Origin: Squalus acanthias
Taxonomy: Eukaryota
Reading direction: 5' to 3'
NCBI GenBank assembly: GCA_030390025.1
Contig: CM059432.1
Coordinates: 8,122,001 to 8,186,000, forward strand
Length of the DNA stretch: 64,000 bases
Made by a program: the position numbers and the translations under genes. Positions 32,641 through 45,356 of this stretch are shown here, in pieces. Position 1 is the stretch's first letter; the number at the start of each line of letters is the position of its first letter. Under the pieces are notes generated by a model that saw only the letters and a list, made by a program, of their open reading frames with translations, ran no database searches and was not told the DNA's origin.

Positions 32641-35164
32641 CAGAAGAACTAAATGTTTGCTTTGCAGACCGTTTAAAAATTGTAAGGACAGAGGATTAAG
32701 GTAATCGCACTTTAACACAGTGCAAAGAGCTTATTGAACAGTTGAGTCTGCCCGAAATAGCCGACGCACTTAATACGTTGTAAGTGGTGGCATTGTAATT
32801 GACTCCTATAGTGAAGGAAATGTTTATCATCAATTGCCCAGTATAGACGGTTGCCCATCATAAGCATTGGGGGTTTAAGTGGCGGGGACTTTATTTAGAA
32901 TTGCAATAATAACATTCCTTTGAATATTCCTCTTGTTACATAAGAACATAAGACGTAGGAGCAGGAGTGGGTCATTTGGCCCCTCGAGCCTGCTCCGCCA
33001 TTCAATAAGATCATGTCTGATCTGATCTTGGTCTCAACTCCACTTCCTGCCCGCTCCCCATGACCCTTCACTCCCTTATCATTCAAAAATCTGTCTGTCT
33101 CCACCTTGAATATATTCAATGACCCTGCCTCCACAGCTCTCTGGGGAAGAGAATTCCAAAGATTACGACCCTCTGAGAGAAGAAATTCCTCCTCATTTCC
33201 GATTTAAAAGGGTGTCCCCTTATTCTGAAATTATGTTATTTAATCAAACAATTTACTTTAATTACTTTCTTGACCTTTTCTCCGCTGTTGTAGCTCTGTT
33301 TTCCCATTTTGCAGACAGATTAGAAACCCAAATCATGTTTCTTCTGTCTATTCAAAGTGCACTTTTTAAGGGATATTCTGTTACATTTGGTGCTCGTTAA
33401 TCTTCTTCGTCTTTGGGTCATGTTTTCATTAATATATTCAGGCAGAATGCATCTTGTGTCATTTGTAAAAAGTAATTGAATTTTTGTGCAACAGCGTTGC
33501 AGTTGTAAACTTTGCTTCAGTGCCCATTCATTAATAAAAATATGTTGCTTATACATAAGAGGGCCAATTTTCCTCCTCAAAACACCTGGGCAACCCTCAG
33601 TTCAGACACTGTGGAGAGGAAAAAGGCTTGGAGACTCTTTACGTTGAGTCTCCATCTTGCTATGGTACCCCAGGATTTCCAGGGCTTTCCTTAGTGGGAG
33701 TATCTGGTTGTGCAGCTGCAGTTGGTGCAAGTCCAGCATTCCTGTGGAAATGCAGTGTGCTGGCGTTCCCAATCCCTCCTGCTTCCATGTTTTCTATGTC
33801 TGTCAGTGGGGGAGCCCCAGAAGAGCTGGCAGTGAGGATTGCACCAGGAACCCTCCTCGGAGTGGAGGGCATGAGGGAGGCCAGAGAGTAAGAGGCCAGA
33901 CGCAGAAAGCAAGTACGTGTCTTCTCTCCCAGCGGGATCTTCAGGCCTTCAAGGCTGCTGGTTGCTGCCTTCCTCCACCAGCAGCCAGAGCACCCCAAGG
34001 CTGGAAGGCGGGTACAGAGCTACAGCCTTCTCAGGCCTACAGCTGCATTCATGCTTCCAACCCCTATTCCCAGCGCACAGGCCTGTTGGGGGACGGGCCT
34101 GTGTCCAGGGTGCAGTAATGGCCTGCAGCAGGAAATGTGGGTGATCTGGGGCCTCCACAGGAGCAATGTGCTTGTTTACCACCCGCTGGGGAGGAACTGC
34201 AACCTAAGCTCCTTAAAAACCATTGGTGTCTCTTCATCAGTAAGATTTCAGCATTCCATTTCTACAGGAAATTTTTTCCAGTGTCGAAAAGCGCACAAGC
34301 ATGTAGCCTAGATTCTTTAATTGACGTTAATGTAACAGCAAAAGCAATCCATTTAAAATAAATTGTCCTGCAGGCATTCATTTACGCCAATCGTAAAATC
34401 TAGGCTGTTGATTTATGCCTCTTGGTGTTAATAAAAGCTCGTTGAATGATTACTCAGAGCATTGCTAAATATCCCAAAATGGTTGGCTTATTTACATTAA
34501 AACTTGCCTCAACAAAGCACACTCTGGTGCCATGTTTACTACTGTATACTTGACAGTAAGACAGCATCAAAATTATTAACAAACTGCAAAATAAGTCGTC
34601 AAGAAAAGTCATCAACATGTGGCGTTAAGCAGCTCTGAGAGGTTCAGGGATGGGGGACTTCAGTTATGTGGAGAGATTGAAGAAGCTGGGAATGTTTTCC
34701 TTGGAGCAGCGAAGGTTAAGGGGAGAATTAATAGAGATGTTCAAAATTATGAGGGGATTGATAGAGTAAATAAGGAAAAACTGTTTCCAGTGGCAGAAGG
34801 GTCGGTAACCGGAGGACACCGATTTAAGACTCCACGGGAAAAGTGATCCATCCGTGGCTAACGAAAGAAGGCTAATTTAAGGATAGTATTAGATTAAAGG
34901 AAGAGGCTTATAATGTTGCGAAGAATAATAGTAAGCCTGAGGATTGAGAGAGCTTTACAAACCAGCAAAGGATGACCAAAAATTTGGTAAAAAGAGGGAA
35001 AATAAAATATGAGAGTAAACTAGCAAGAAATATAAAAACTGTAAGAACTTTTACAAGTATGTAAAAAGAAAGAGAGTAGCAAAATTAAGCGTTGGTCCCT
35101 TAGAGGCTGAGACAGGTGAAATTATAATGGGGAATAAGAAATGGCAAGAGACTTTAAACAAATA

Positions 35165-35841
35165 AGGGGAAAAACTGGGTTGCTTTGAGGGCGTTAATGG
35201 AGCGCAAAGCAACTAGTGCCCAGGCGCGGCACCGCTAACGCCTCCCGCGAAATTCAGCTGGAGGTTAGCGGCGGTGGTAACCAGTAGCGCCCCACGGCGC
35301 TGCGCCTCCGGCGATTACGTCATCACCATGCGCAGTGCCCCGCTTGCGCCCCGGCCGCGAAATTCGCTAGCGCCCCCATAATTACCGTCGGACGCTATGT
35401 CCGACAGGGTCAGGGGGGTGTATGTGCGGCCGGGGCGGCGATAATTAAAGGGGAGGTGCCGGGCAGCCATTTTTTTTGCTGGCCGCCTGCCAGCACCCGC
35501 CCCCTCTTGCTTCCTCCTGTGGGGTGCCGGCCGCGATCCATCAGCCTGACACAAGTGCCGGGCTCTTTTGTCGGCACCCCGCTCCCTGGTGTCCCAGCGG
35601 GGGCCCCGGATTGCGCTGCGCAAGTCCCCTCCTCTTTAATAAGGGGAGGAAGGCCTGCAGTACCATGCCGACGCGTGTGGCGCTGCTGCATGTAGCGCCG
35701 CGATATTGGGCTGGAGCACCCCAAGAGGGAGGGGGAGCGTTTCCAGTAGTGCCCCGCCTCCTGCGGGGCGCTATCTTTTTCGGAATGTAGCGCCCCAGTG
35801 AAGTTAGTGCCCCAAAGGGGGCGCAACTCAATTTTTGTCCA
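35165..35841. mobile_element. GC-rich Harbinger-type non-autonomous element (family D)
   Basis: Termini GGGAAAAACTGGGTTGC / GCAACTCAATTTTTGTCC; inverted homologue of the split element 10631-15740. Confidence 0.65.
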
Positions 35842-35887
35842 ATATTGTCTATCTGTCTTCGCAGTAGAAGACACAAAAGCATACCAC

Positions 35888-36537
35888 AGAAACATAGAAA
35901 CATAGAAGATAGGAGCAGGAGTAGGCCATTCGGCCCCTCGAGCCTGCTCCGCCATTCGATGAGATCATGGCTGATCATCCAAATTCAGTACCCTGTCCCT
36001 GCCTTCTCCCCATATCCCTTGATCCCTTTAGCCTTAAGAAATATATCTATCTCATTCTTGAATATATTTAATGAATTGGCCTCAACTACCTTCTGTGGTA
36101 GAGAATTCCACAGGTTCACCACTCTCTGGGTGAAGAAATTCTTCCTCATTTCTGTCCTAAATGGCTTACCCCTTATCCTTAGATTATGACCCCTGGTTCT
36201 GGACTCTCCGACCATCGGGAACATTCTTCCTGCATCTAGTTTGTTCAGACCTGTCAGAATTTTATATGTTTCGATCAAAAATAGGGGGAACCAAGGGGCT
36301 AATGAGAGTGAGGAACTTAAAGTAATTAAGATCAGTGGAGGAAAAAGTACTTGAGAAAATAATGGGACTAAAAACCAACAAATCCCCTGGACCTGGTGGC
36401 CTACATCCTAGAGTTCTAAAAGAGGTGGCTGTAGAGATAGTGGATGCATTGGTTGTGATCTTCCAAAATTCCCTAGATTCAGGAACGGTCCCGGCAGATT
36501 GGAAGGTAGCAAATGTAACCCTACTATTCAAGAAAGG
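35888..36537. mobile_element. CR1 fragments (3' end on minus 35888-~36275; RT fragment on plus ~36280-36537)
   Basis: ORFs 35985-36278 (WNSLP) and 36335-36619 (KSPGPGGLHPRVLKE). Confidence 0.85.
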
Positions 36538-36544
36538 ATTTCAG

Positions 36545-37190
36545 ACTTTTGAAAAATTCGCTGTTAACACTCCAAGAAGGAGGTGGAGAACTAAATCAAC
36601 CACTCCACTTCCTTCTTAGAGCGCAATCGGCAGCAGGCGGGGCGGAGACTTCAGCAGCGTTGCACACTGGGCCGTGCAGCGCCGCCGCCTTCAAAGGCTC
36701 CTTCCCTCCCTTAAAGGGAAGGGCCATCGCTGCAGGCTCTGCAATAGAAAAATTACCTACCTGGACCACCAAGGCAGCCGCGATCCCGCGCGATCAGCCC
36801 GGTACTCAAGCAGAGCGCCAGGCTGATCGATCGCAGGCAGGAACCCGCGAAAAAAAACTGGAACAGGAAAGGTAAGTTTTTTTTTTACTTACCTCGACCA
36901 CCTCGCCTTTAATCATCGCCCCTGAAGCGGCCGGCCGCCCGACGCACGCCTCCTGCAGCTGTCGGTGTTTTCACCCGGCGCTGCTGCAGGGGGCGGAAGT
37001 AAAGCTCGGGTCCAGGGTCATGCGCACAGTGATGATGTCACGATCTCCGGACGAAGGAGATCGGGGTGCATTGCCGTAGCGCCGCAGCAAAACTCCCACC
37101 GAATATGGCGGGAGTCAATGTCAGCGCCGCGCCCGGTCGCAAAGCCCGGTGACGCTAACTGGAGGCGCAAAGGCACCCAATTTCACCCCC
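36545..37190. mobile_element. GC-rich Harbinger-like non-autonomous element
   Basis: Ends CAATTTCACCCC; shares CCCTTAAAGGGAAGGG and GATGATGTCA motifs with family D. Confidence 0.5.
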
Positions 37191-37194
37191 ATAT

Positions 37195-39045
37195 GACTCT
37201 GAGGGGGATTGACAGGGTAGATGCTAAGAGGTTGTTTCCCCTGGCTGGAAAGTCAAGAACTAGGGGGCATAGTCTCAGGATAAAGATGTGTGGGTTAGGT
37301 TGATTTGGCTATGATAAAATTGACCCTTAGTGTTAGGGGGGATTAAATACGTGGGGTTACGGGGATAGGGTGGGATTTGTGTCGGTGCAGGCTCAATGGG
37401 CCGAAATGGCCTCTATCTGCACTGTGGGGATTCTGTGATTCTGTGATTCTGTGATAAGGGGTAGGCCATTGAGGACTGAGATGAGGAGGAATTTCTTCAC
37501 TCAGAGGGTTGTGACTCTTTGGAATTCTCTGCCCCAGAGGGCTGTGGATGCTGAGTCGTTGAGTATATTCAAGGCTGAGATCAAGAGATTTTTGGACTCC
37601 AGGGGAATCGAGGGATATGGAGATTGGGCGGGAAAGTAGAGTTGAGGTGGTTGATCAGCCATGATCTTATTGAATGGCGGAGCAGGCTCGAGGGGCCGTA
37701 TGGCCGACTCCTGCTCCTAATTCTTATGTTCTTATAATTGGTTAAAGAACCAGAGGCGACAAATGAGGGGAAAAAAATTATGCAGCGAGTTGTTGTGATC
37801 TGGAACACGCTGCCTGAAAGGGCGGTGGAAGCAGATTCAATAGTAAATTTCAAAAGGGAATTGGATAAATACGTGAAGGGGAAATATGTGCAGGGCTATG
37901 GGGAAAGAGCGGGGGGAGTGGGACTAATTGGAGAGCTCTTTCAAAGAGCCAGCACTGGCACGATGGGCCGAATGGCCTCCTTCTGTGCTGTAAGATACTG
38001 TGATAGATTTTTAGATACTGAGGCAACCAAGGGATATGGGGATCGGGTGAGAAGGTGGAGTTGAGGTAGAAGATCAGCCTTGATCTTATTGAATGGCGGA
38101 GCAGGCTCGAGGGGCCGTATGGCCGACTCCTGCTCCTATTTCTTATGTTTTTATCACTTAAACATTGCATATACAACAATCAATAGACTTAAACAGTATT
38201 TGACAGGTTATCAACCGAGCAATTTGATTTTTTTTACTCACGGGGTTGTGATGAAATGCTCTACCAGAGAGGTTGGTGGAAGCGGAATCCATAATTGTTT
38301 TTTAAAAGGCAAGTGGGTGAACACTTGAAAGAGTATGAGGAAGGAGCAGTGGAGTGGGACTGGAGCTCTTGAAATATGCTGGCACAGGCACGATGGACTG
38401 AATAGGGTACAATTGGGCTGTATGATTTTCTGGATCTAAAACTGGTCTTGCCTCTGAGTCAGAGGGTTGTGGGTTCAGATTCTATCCCAGCACTTGAGCA
38501 GTTTTGATCTCCTTACCTAAGAAAGGATATACTTGCCATAGAGGGAGTGCAGCGAAGGTCCACCAGACTGATTCCTGGGATGGCAGGACTGTCGTATGAG
38601 GAGAGATTGGGTCGACTAGGCCTGTATTCACTAGAGTGTAGAAGAATGAGAGGGGATCTCATTGAAACGTATAAAATTCTGACAGGGCTAGACAGACTGG
38701 ATGCAGGGAGGATGTTTCCCCTGGCTTGGGGGGTCTAGATCGAGGGGGTCACAGTCTCAGGATACGGGGTAGGACATTTAAGACTGAGATGAGGAGAAAT
38801 TTCTTCACTCAGAGGGTGGTGAACCTGTGGAATTCTCTACCACAGAAGGCTGTGGAGGCCAAGTCACTGAATATATTTAAGAAGGAGATAGATAGATTTC
38901 TAGACACAAAAGGCATCAAGGGGTATGGGGAGAGAGCGGGAATATGGTATTGAGATAGAGGATCAGCCATGATCATATTGAATGGCGGAGCAGGCTCGAA
39001 GGGCCGAATGGCCTACTCCTGCTCCTATTTCTATGTTTCTATGTA
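37195..39045 (+). mobile_element. Cluster of at least four CR1 3' ends in the same orientation
   Basis: Repeated WNSLP/WNTLP coding ends, GGAGCAGGCTCGA...CCTGCTCC stem-loops and octamer tails near 37735, 38000, 38150 and 39045. Confidence 0.85.
37284..37452 (+). mobile_element. 5'-truncated HE1-type SINE inserted in a CR1
   Basis: AGATGTGTGGGTTAGGTTGATTTGGC...TTAGTGT body, CR1-like (ATTCTGTG)n tail; GATAA duplicated (37279-37283, 37453-37457). Confidence 0.7.
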
Positions 39046-39364
39046 TGACCGAGATGCTGAACTGAGGTCAGGTGCTGCGGCACTATTGGAAGAAGAGTAG
39101 GGAATCCTAACGATCATTTCTTCCTCAACCAGCATCGCGAAGATCAGATTAGCTGGTTGTTGTTGGTGGGATTTTACTGTGTGCAGAAATGGCATTTGCA
39201 TTTGTCTACGTGACAACAATCATTGCGCTGCATAGCAATTAATTGCATTTGAAGCACTTTTAGGTGCTTTAGATGATTTCTGCCGCAAGTTCGATACCTG
39301 ACTCAAGGTTATGGATGCAACATAATCCTTTCATTGTATGAGACCAAGTCCAAATGCACACGAT

Positions 39365-40071
39365 GGGCTGGACTTTCAATGACCCGTGGAGTCAGGTTTG
39401 GAGGCGTGTGGGGGGTTAAAATAGCGAAAAGTGGTGGGCGGACCTGATCCCAACTCCATCCCGCCTCCACGCAATTTTGACAAAATCGGTCGCGGTGTTC
39501 CCGACTCCGTCCCGCCTCCAAGAGGTGGGAGAGGCCATTAAAGCCCTTAACAAGCCCTAAATTGGCTCTGTAATGCCATTTTGAAACGTTTTAGCTAGTT
39601 TAACCCTTTTCCGACGTGAAGCACGCCTGATGTGAAACACGCCAGTGAAACCTGGCGGGAGCACAAGTGGATAGCTGACTATCAGCTGCAGGTCCACTAT
39701 TACAACGGAGATGTGATGAAGGTAGTCGTAGTATTAGGTCTGAAAGTCGCCTCTGATGCTGCTGCATTGCAAAAAAAATTCTCTCTCTCTCTCTCTCTCT
39801 CTCTGAGATGCTGCTCATTTTGCATCCAGGTCCTCTCACAGCAAAGGCCAGGCAGTGTCTGAAAGCCTTCAATGCAGCAGCAATGATGACATCATCAGAG
39901 GCGACTTTCAGACTGAAACCACTAATTGGTTCATGGGTTCCCACATGCTGGAACTCAATTGCCCAATTAAGTGAAAATTGCATCAATCTCCCACATCCAA
40001 TTGCAGTCGGGTGGATAACACGAAATGCGGATGACACGACCCCAACCCGCCCCAGTATCAAAATCCAGCCC
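39365..40071. mobile_element. Harbinger-type MITE, family A copy 2 (inverted)
   Basis: TIRs GGGCTGGACTTT / AAAATCCAGCCC; GAT 3-bp TSD; internal (CT)n. Confidence 0.85.
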
Positions 40072-40361
40072 GATACCTTTAAACATTAGACATACAGAGA
40101 AATAAAACATACTTTTCCCGTGTGATCTTTCCCTGGGTAGAGAACTCGTTGTCGCTCCTTCCAATGCTGTTTTTTTCTCTACCAATTGTGCAGAAAAAGC
40201 TTGGAATCTTTCTGGTGGGATTCTCACGAAACAATCTCAGTAACAATCGGTCATCAGTGTTATTGAACGAGACTCTGACAAAGGGTATATTTCCTTCAAA
40301 GCAACAGATGCCACTTCTTTTTATCCTTTTAACCATTGTCCCATACCATGGCTAACTCTTA

Positions 40362-41176
40362 GGGGGGAATTTTCCCAGGCCTGGGGAGGCGGGTATGGAG
40401 GCGGGACTGCCGGGAAAATGGCGGAAACTGGGAGCGGGTACCGACCCCGCTCCAACCCGCCTCCGTGCCATCTTCCCGGGAGGCGGGTCCCCGAGTCGCA
40501 CAGGGACCCGTCACCTCGAGGCGGGAAGGGGATTAGAGCCAATTAACAGGCAGTTTTGAGGCTTTTCCCCATTTTACGCCTGCAGTTGCGGGCTTTCCGA
40601 CAGCTGCGAACCTCGCCAGGGTCAGCGAGGCGAGCAGTGGGTCTGCGGGGGTGAGAGGGGTCGAAATGTTAGCTGTAGAGGTGAGTGATGGGTGCAAGTG
40701 TGGACAGGTAAGTATGAGAGGTGAGTGTAAAGTGTTGGAAAAAGTTTCCTAACCTTTGCTTCTTTCTGCAGGCTTCAACCTTTGAGAATCCGAAGGTGCC
40801 TCATCTCAACGGCAGAGATGACAGAATGGCTGCTGCATTCTCAGATACAGCAGCCATCTGTTTTCTGCTGAGGAGAGAGGTTAAGGTGTGCCTTCTGTGC
40901 AAGGGCTCACCTTAGAACAGAGATTGTCAGTGTCTGACAGCCTTGCAAAGCTGCCAAATGCTGACAATTCATCTGTCAAAAAATTTCCCGACAGATGAAG
41001 CGTCATACGCTGATGTCATCTGTCAGCAGGCTTTCTCTTAATTGGCCAGTAGGCGGGCTTAACAAGGCCAATCAAGGGAAAACAGCGTGGGTTGGTCAAC
41101 GTCGCTGGGGGCGGGACTGAAACCTGGAAACCAGAAGTCCCGCCTCCAGCACGTCTCCATTGAGAAAATCCAGCCC
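40362..41176. mobile_element. PIF/Harbinger-type non-autonomous element
   Basis: Termini GGGGGGAATTTTC / GAAAATCCAGCCC; TTA 3-bp TSD (40359-40361, 41177-41179). Confidence 0.82.
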
Positions 41177-41346
41177 TTAGTGTGGCCACATAAACAAGTC
41201 ACGAAACTTACATCCTCTGTTTCAGCAAACTATTGAAAAATAGTGTCAGCTGAAAGGGTTTCTGGACACATCAAACTCTAAAGCATCTTGGGAATGAACA
41301 ACTTTAACCATTTCATTCAGTAAAAAGAAACCAAAAGCTTTAATCA

Positions 41347-41679
41347 CATAGAATCATAGAAATTTACGGCACAAAAGGAGGCCATTCGGCCCATAGGGCT
41401 GGATTTTGATACTGGGGCGGGTTGGGGTCGTGTTATCCACTTTTCGTGTTATCCACCCGACTGCAATTGGATGTGGGAGATTGATGTGATTTTCACCTAA
41501 TTGGGCAATTGAGTTCCAGCATGTGGGAACCCATGACCCAATTGGTGTTTTCAGTCTGAAAGTCGCCTCTGATGATGTCATCATTGCTGCTGCATTGAAG
41601 GTCTTCAGAGACTGCCTGACCTTTGCTGTGAGAGGACCTAGATGCAAAATGAGCAGCAGCAGTCCTAAGTCTGCTGAGC

Positions 41680-41721
<42 letters not shown>

Positions 41722-42370
41722 CTCCTCATTCAGCCAGCCAAATCTGCTCCCGCCAGGTTTCACAATCGTGGTTCAGAACAGGCGTGCTTCACATAGAACA
41801 AGGGTTAAAATCACAAAGGCCTTTCAAAATGGCATTATAGAGCCAATTTAGTGCTTGTTAAGGGCCTTAACAGCCTATCCCGTCTCTCGGAGTCGGGACC
41901 AGCAGACACGATTTCATGAAAATTGCGTGGAGGCGGGATGGAGGCGGACTTGTGCCCGCCCGCCAGTTTTCGCAATTTTAACCCCCCACACACCTCCAAA
42001 CCCGCCTCCACGGTCAATGAAAATCCAGCCCATCGTGTCTGTGCCGGCCGAAAAAGTGCTATCCTGCCTAATCCCACTTTCCAGCTCTTGGTCCGTAGCC
42101 CTGTAGGTTACGGCACTTCAAGTGCATATCCAAGTACTTTTTAAATGCGATGAGGGTTTCTGCCTCTACCACCCTTTCAGGCAGTGAGTTCCAGACCCCC
42201 ACCACCCTCTGGGTGAAAAACGTTCTCCTCAACTCCCCTCTAATCCTTCTACTAATTACTTTAGATCTATGTCCCCTGGTTATTGACCTCACTGCTAAGG
42301 GAAATAGATCCTTCCTATCCACTCTATCTAGGCCCCTCATAATTTTATACACCTCGATTAGGTCTCCCCT
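41347..42370 (-). mobile_element. CR1 3' end split by Harbinger-type MITE family A copy 3 (41396-42031)
   Basis: CATAGAAT tail at 41347; ORF 42068-42532 C-terminus; MITE TIRs and internal (GA)n. Confidence 0.85.
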
Positions 42371-43307
42371 ATGCATCGACGACAGGGGTATCTTACATTG
42401 CCGACATGAAGTGGGTGTTATAGACTGGTTACCTGTTATAGAAGGTGTCTTGTCATTGTGAGGCCTTTGCAAATCCATAGAAATTAAAATTGCGAGAGGT
42501 GTATAACAGACGGCTGACCCGATATCTCCCATGTTACACTATGGCCGAAAGTCAAAATGATCCCCATTACGTATATTTAACTACATTAGACTGGAGAAGC
42601 TGGCTTGATCTCCTTAGAGCAGAGAACATTAAGAGGAGATTTGATAGAGGTGTTCAAAATCATGATGGGTTTTGATAGAGTAAATAAGGAGAAACTGTTT
42701 CCAGTGGCAGAAGGGTCGGTAACCAGGGGACACAGATTTAAGGTGATTGGCAAAAGAACCAGAGGCGACATGAGGAGAATTTTTTTTATCGCAGTGAGTT
42801 ACTGTGATCTGGAATGCGCTGCCTGAAAGGGCGGTGGAAGCAGATTCAATAGGAACATTCAAAAGGGAATTGGAGAAATACTTGAAGGAACAGGCAAAAT
42901 GGGCCGAATGGCCTCCTTCTGTGCTGTATGATCCTATGATTCTAGGATTCTACGGTATGATGGATGTACCAGTTGGAGATAGATATCCAGGGCCTGTAAT
43001 TCCTGGGGTTGGGTGCAGGCGTATCCATGGCAAATTTGGGAGCATGCAGGCAGGAATTTGGAGTGTGGTTCCTATTTTTCCAGGGCTCTGCCCCTCCTTT
43101 TTTTTTAACAATGTAAATATTCAGCTGGATGTGGGAGTGGGCATCCGTCCATCTCCTTGTGGCTGTTACCAGAAGCTGGAGTGTCAACTTGCATGGATCT
43201 TTTCAATGTAATGTGAGCACTAAATCAATTTGGGATTCAATGCAGTGGGGAAAGTTTCACTGTAAACTGGTCTGAGTGAGGCTGACTGCGGGGGAAGTTC
43301 GACTGTG

Positions 43308-43778
43308 GTGTCAGCCGTGGCTCAGTGGGTTAGCACTCTCACACTGAGTCAGAAGGTCGTGGGTTCATAGTCCCACTTCCAGGTAGACCTGAACACAAAA
43401 TCTAGGCTGACACTCCCAGTGCAGTGCTGAGGGAGTGCTGCACTGTCGGAGGTGCCGGCTTTCAGACGAGATGTTGAACCGAGGCCCCGTCTGCCCTCTC
43501 GGGTGGCTGTAAAAGATCCTGTGACACTATTTAAATGATGAGCAGGGGAGTTTATCCCCATTGCCCTGGCCAATATTTATCCCTCAATTAACATCACTAA
43601 ACAACAGATTATCTAGTCATTGCTGTTTCTGGGAGCTTGCTGTGCACAAATTGGCTGCTGCGTTTCCTACATTACATCAGTGACTCCACTTCAAAAAGTA
43701 CTTCGTTGGCTGTAAAGCGCTTTGGGACGCCCTGAGGTTGTGAAAGGTGCTATATAAATGCAAGTCTCTTTTACTTTA
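43308..43778 (+). mobile_element. Full-length tRNA-derived DeuSINE
   Basis: A-box TGGCTCAGTGG, B-box-like GGTTCATAGTCC, Deu-type domain, tail GTGCTATATAAATGCAAGTC. Confidence 0.88.
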
Positions 43779-43812
43779 CTTCCCTCATGTCCCATTAGTC
43801 TACATCTTGTGA

Positions 43813-44779
43813 TAGCCAATCCATGGAGCCCCACTGTTACCAGCCAGTCCATGGAGCCCCACTGTTACCAGCCAATCCATGGAGCCCCACTGTTACCAGC
43901 CAATCCATGGAGCCCCACTGTTACCAGCCAATCCATAGAGCCCCACTGTTACCAGCCAGTCCATGGAGCCCCACTGTTACCAGCCAATCCATGGAGCCCC
44001 ACTGTTACCAGCCAGTCCATAGAGCCCCACTGTTACCAGCCAATCCATAGAGCCCCACTGTTACCAGCCAATCCATGGAGCCCCACTGTTACCAGCCAAT
44101 CCATAGAGCCCCACTGTTACCAGCCAATCCATGGAGCCCCACTGTTACCAGCCAATCCATGGAGCCCCACTGTTACCAGCCAATCCATGGAGCCCCACTG
44201 TTACCAGCCAATCCATAGAGCCCCACTGTTACCAGCCAATCCATGGAGCCCCACTGTTACCAGCCAATCCATAGAGCCCCACTGTTACCAGCCAATCCAT
44301 GGAGCCCCACTGTTACCAGCCAATCCATAGAGCCCCACTGTTACCAGCCAATCCATGGAGCCCCACTGTTACCAGCCAATCCATAGAGCCCCACTGTTAC
44401 CAGCCAATCCATGGAGCCCCACTGTTACCAGCCAATCCATGGAGCCCCACTGTTACCAGCCAATCCATGGAGCCCCACTGTTACCAGCCAATCCATGGAG
44501 CCCCACTGTTACCAGCCAATCCATGGAGCCCCACTGTTACCAGCCAATCCATGGAGCCCCACTGTTACCAGCCAATCCATAGAGCCCCACTGTTACCAGC
44601 CAATCCATAGAGCCCCACTGTTACCAGCCAATCCATGGAGCCCCACTGTTACCAGCCAATCCATAGAGCCCCACTGTTACCAGCCAATCCATAGAGCCCC
44701 ACTGTTACCAGCCAATCCATAGAGCCCCACTGTTACCAGCCAATCCATAGAGCCCCACTGTTACCAGCCAGTCCATAGA
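43813..44779. repeat. 28-bp minisatellite, about 34 copies
   Basis: Unit AGCCA(A/G)TCCAT(G/A)GAGCCCCACTGTTACC. Confidence 0.97.
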
Positions 44780-45356
44780 GAATCACAATGGCATACACAT
44801 AGAGAAAATCACAACAGCAGCAATCAAAGGGCAACATTTACAATGGGAATAAATGGGAGAAAGTAAACAGCAAAGATAATTTTGAATCAGATTGATGCCG
44901 CAGATGAATACACAAACTCAGTTGACAATTAGCTTTGTTCCCAAGTGAAACAAAATTAAAGTAGATAGAATTGTACACCACAGAAATAGGCCATTCAGCC
45001 CAGCCGGTCTATGCCGGTGTTTATGCTCCATGTGAGCCTCCTCCCCTCTTACTGCATCTCACCCTATTAGCATGTCCTTCTATTCCTTTCTCCCTCCTGT
45101 ACTTACCGAGCTTCGCCTTGAATCAATCTATGCTGTTAGCCTCAACTACTCCCCGTGGTAGCGAGTTCTACTTTCTCACCACTCTCTGAGTAAGGAAGTA
45201 TCTCCTGAATTCCTCACTGGATTTATTAGTGACTATCTTCTATTTATGACCCCTAGTTTTGGTCTCCCTCACACGTGGAAACATCTTCTCTACATCTACC
45301 CTATTGAAACCCTTCATAATTTTAAAGACCTCTCTCAGATCACCTCTCAGTCTTTC

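Noticed and set aside
33628..34311. Cluster of overlapping ORFs as a host exon
   Set aside because: No recognisable domain; the GGGCCAATTTTCC start at ~33561 suggests another decayed Harbinger-like element, but I cannot define it.
35315..35978. Several overlapping GC-rich ORFs
   Set aside because: They lie within a GC-rich non-autonomous element with few stop codons and no recognisable domain; likewise 15059-15664, 36549-37303 and 48767-49193.
43308..43380. tRNA gene
   Set aside because: tRNA-like SINE head followed directly by the SINE body and tail; no complete cloverleaf. The same applies to the other SINE heads.
43758..44722. Repetitive ORFs (MEPHCYQPIHGAPLLPANPWSP...)
   Set aside because: Translations of the 28-bp minisatellite cycling through frames; TAG variants interrupt them.
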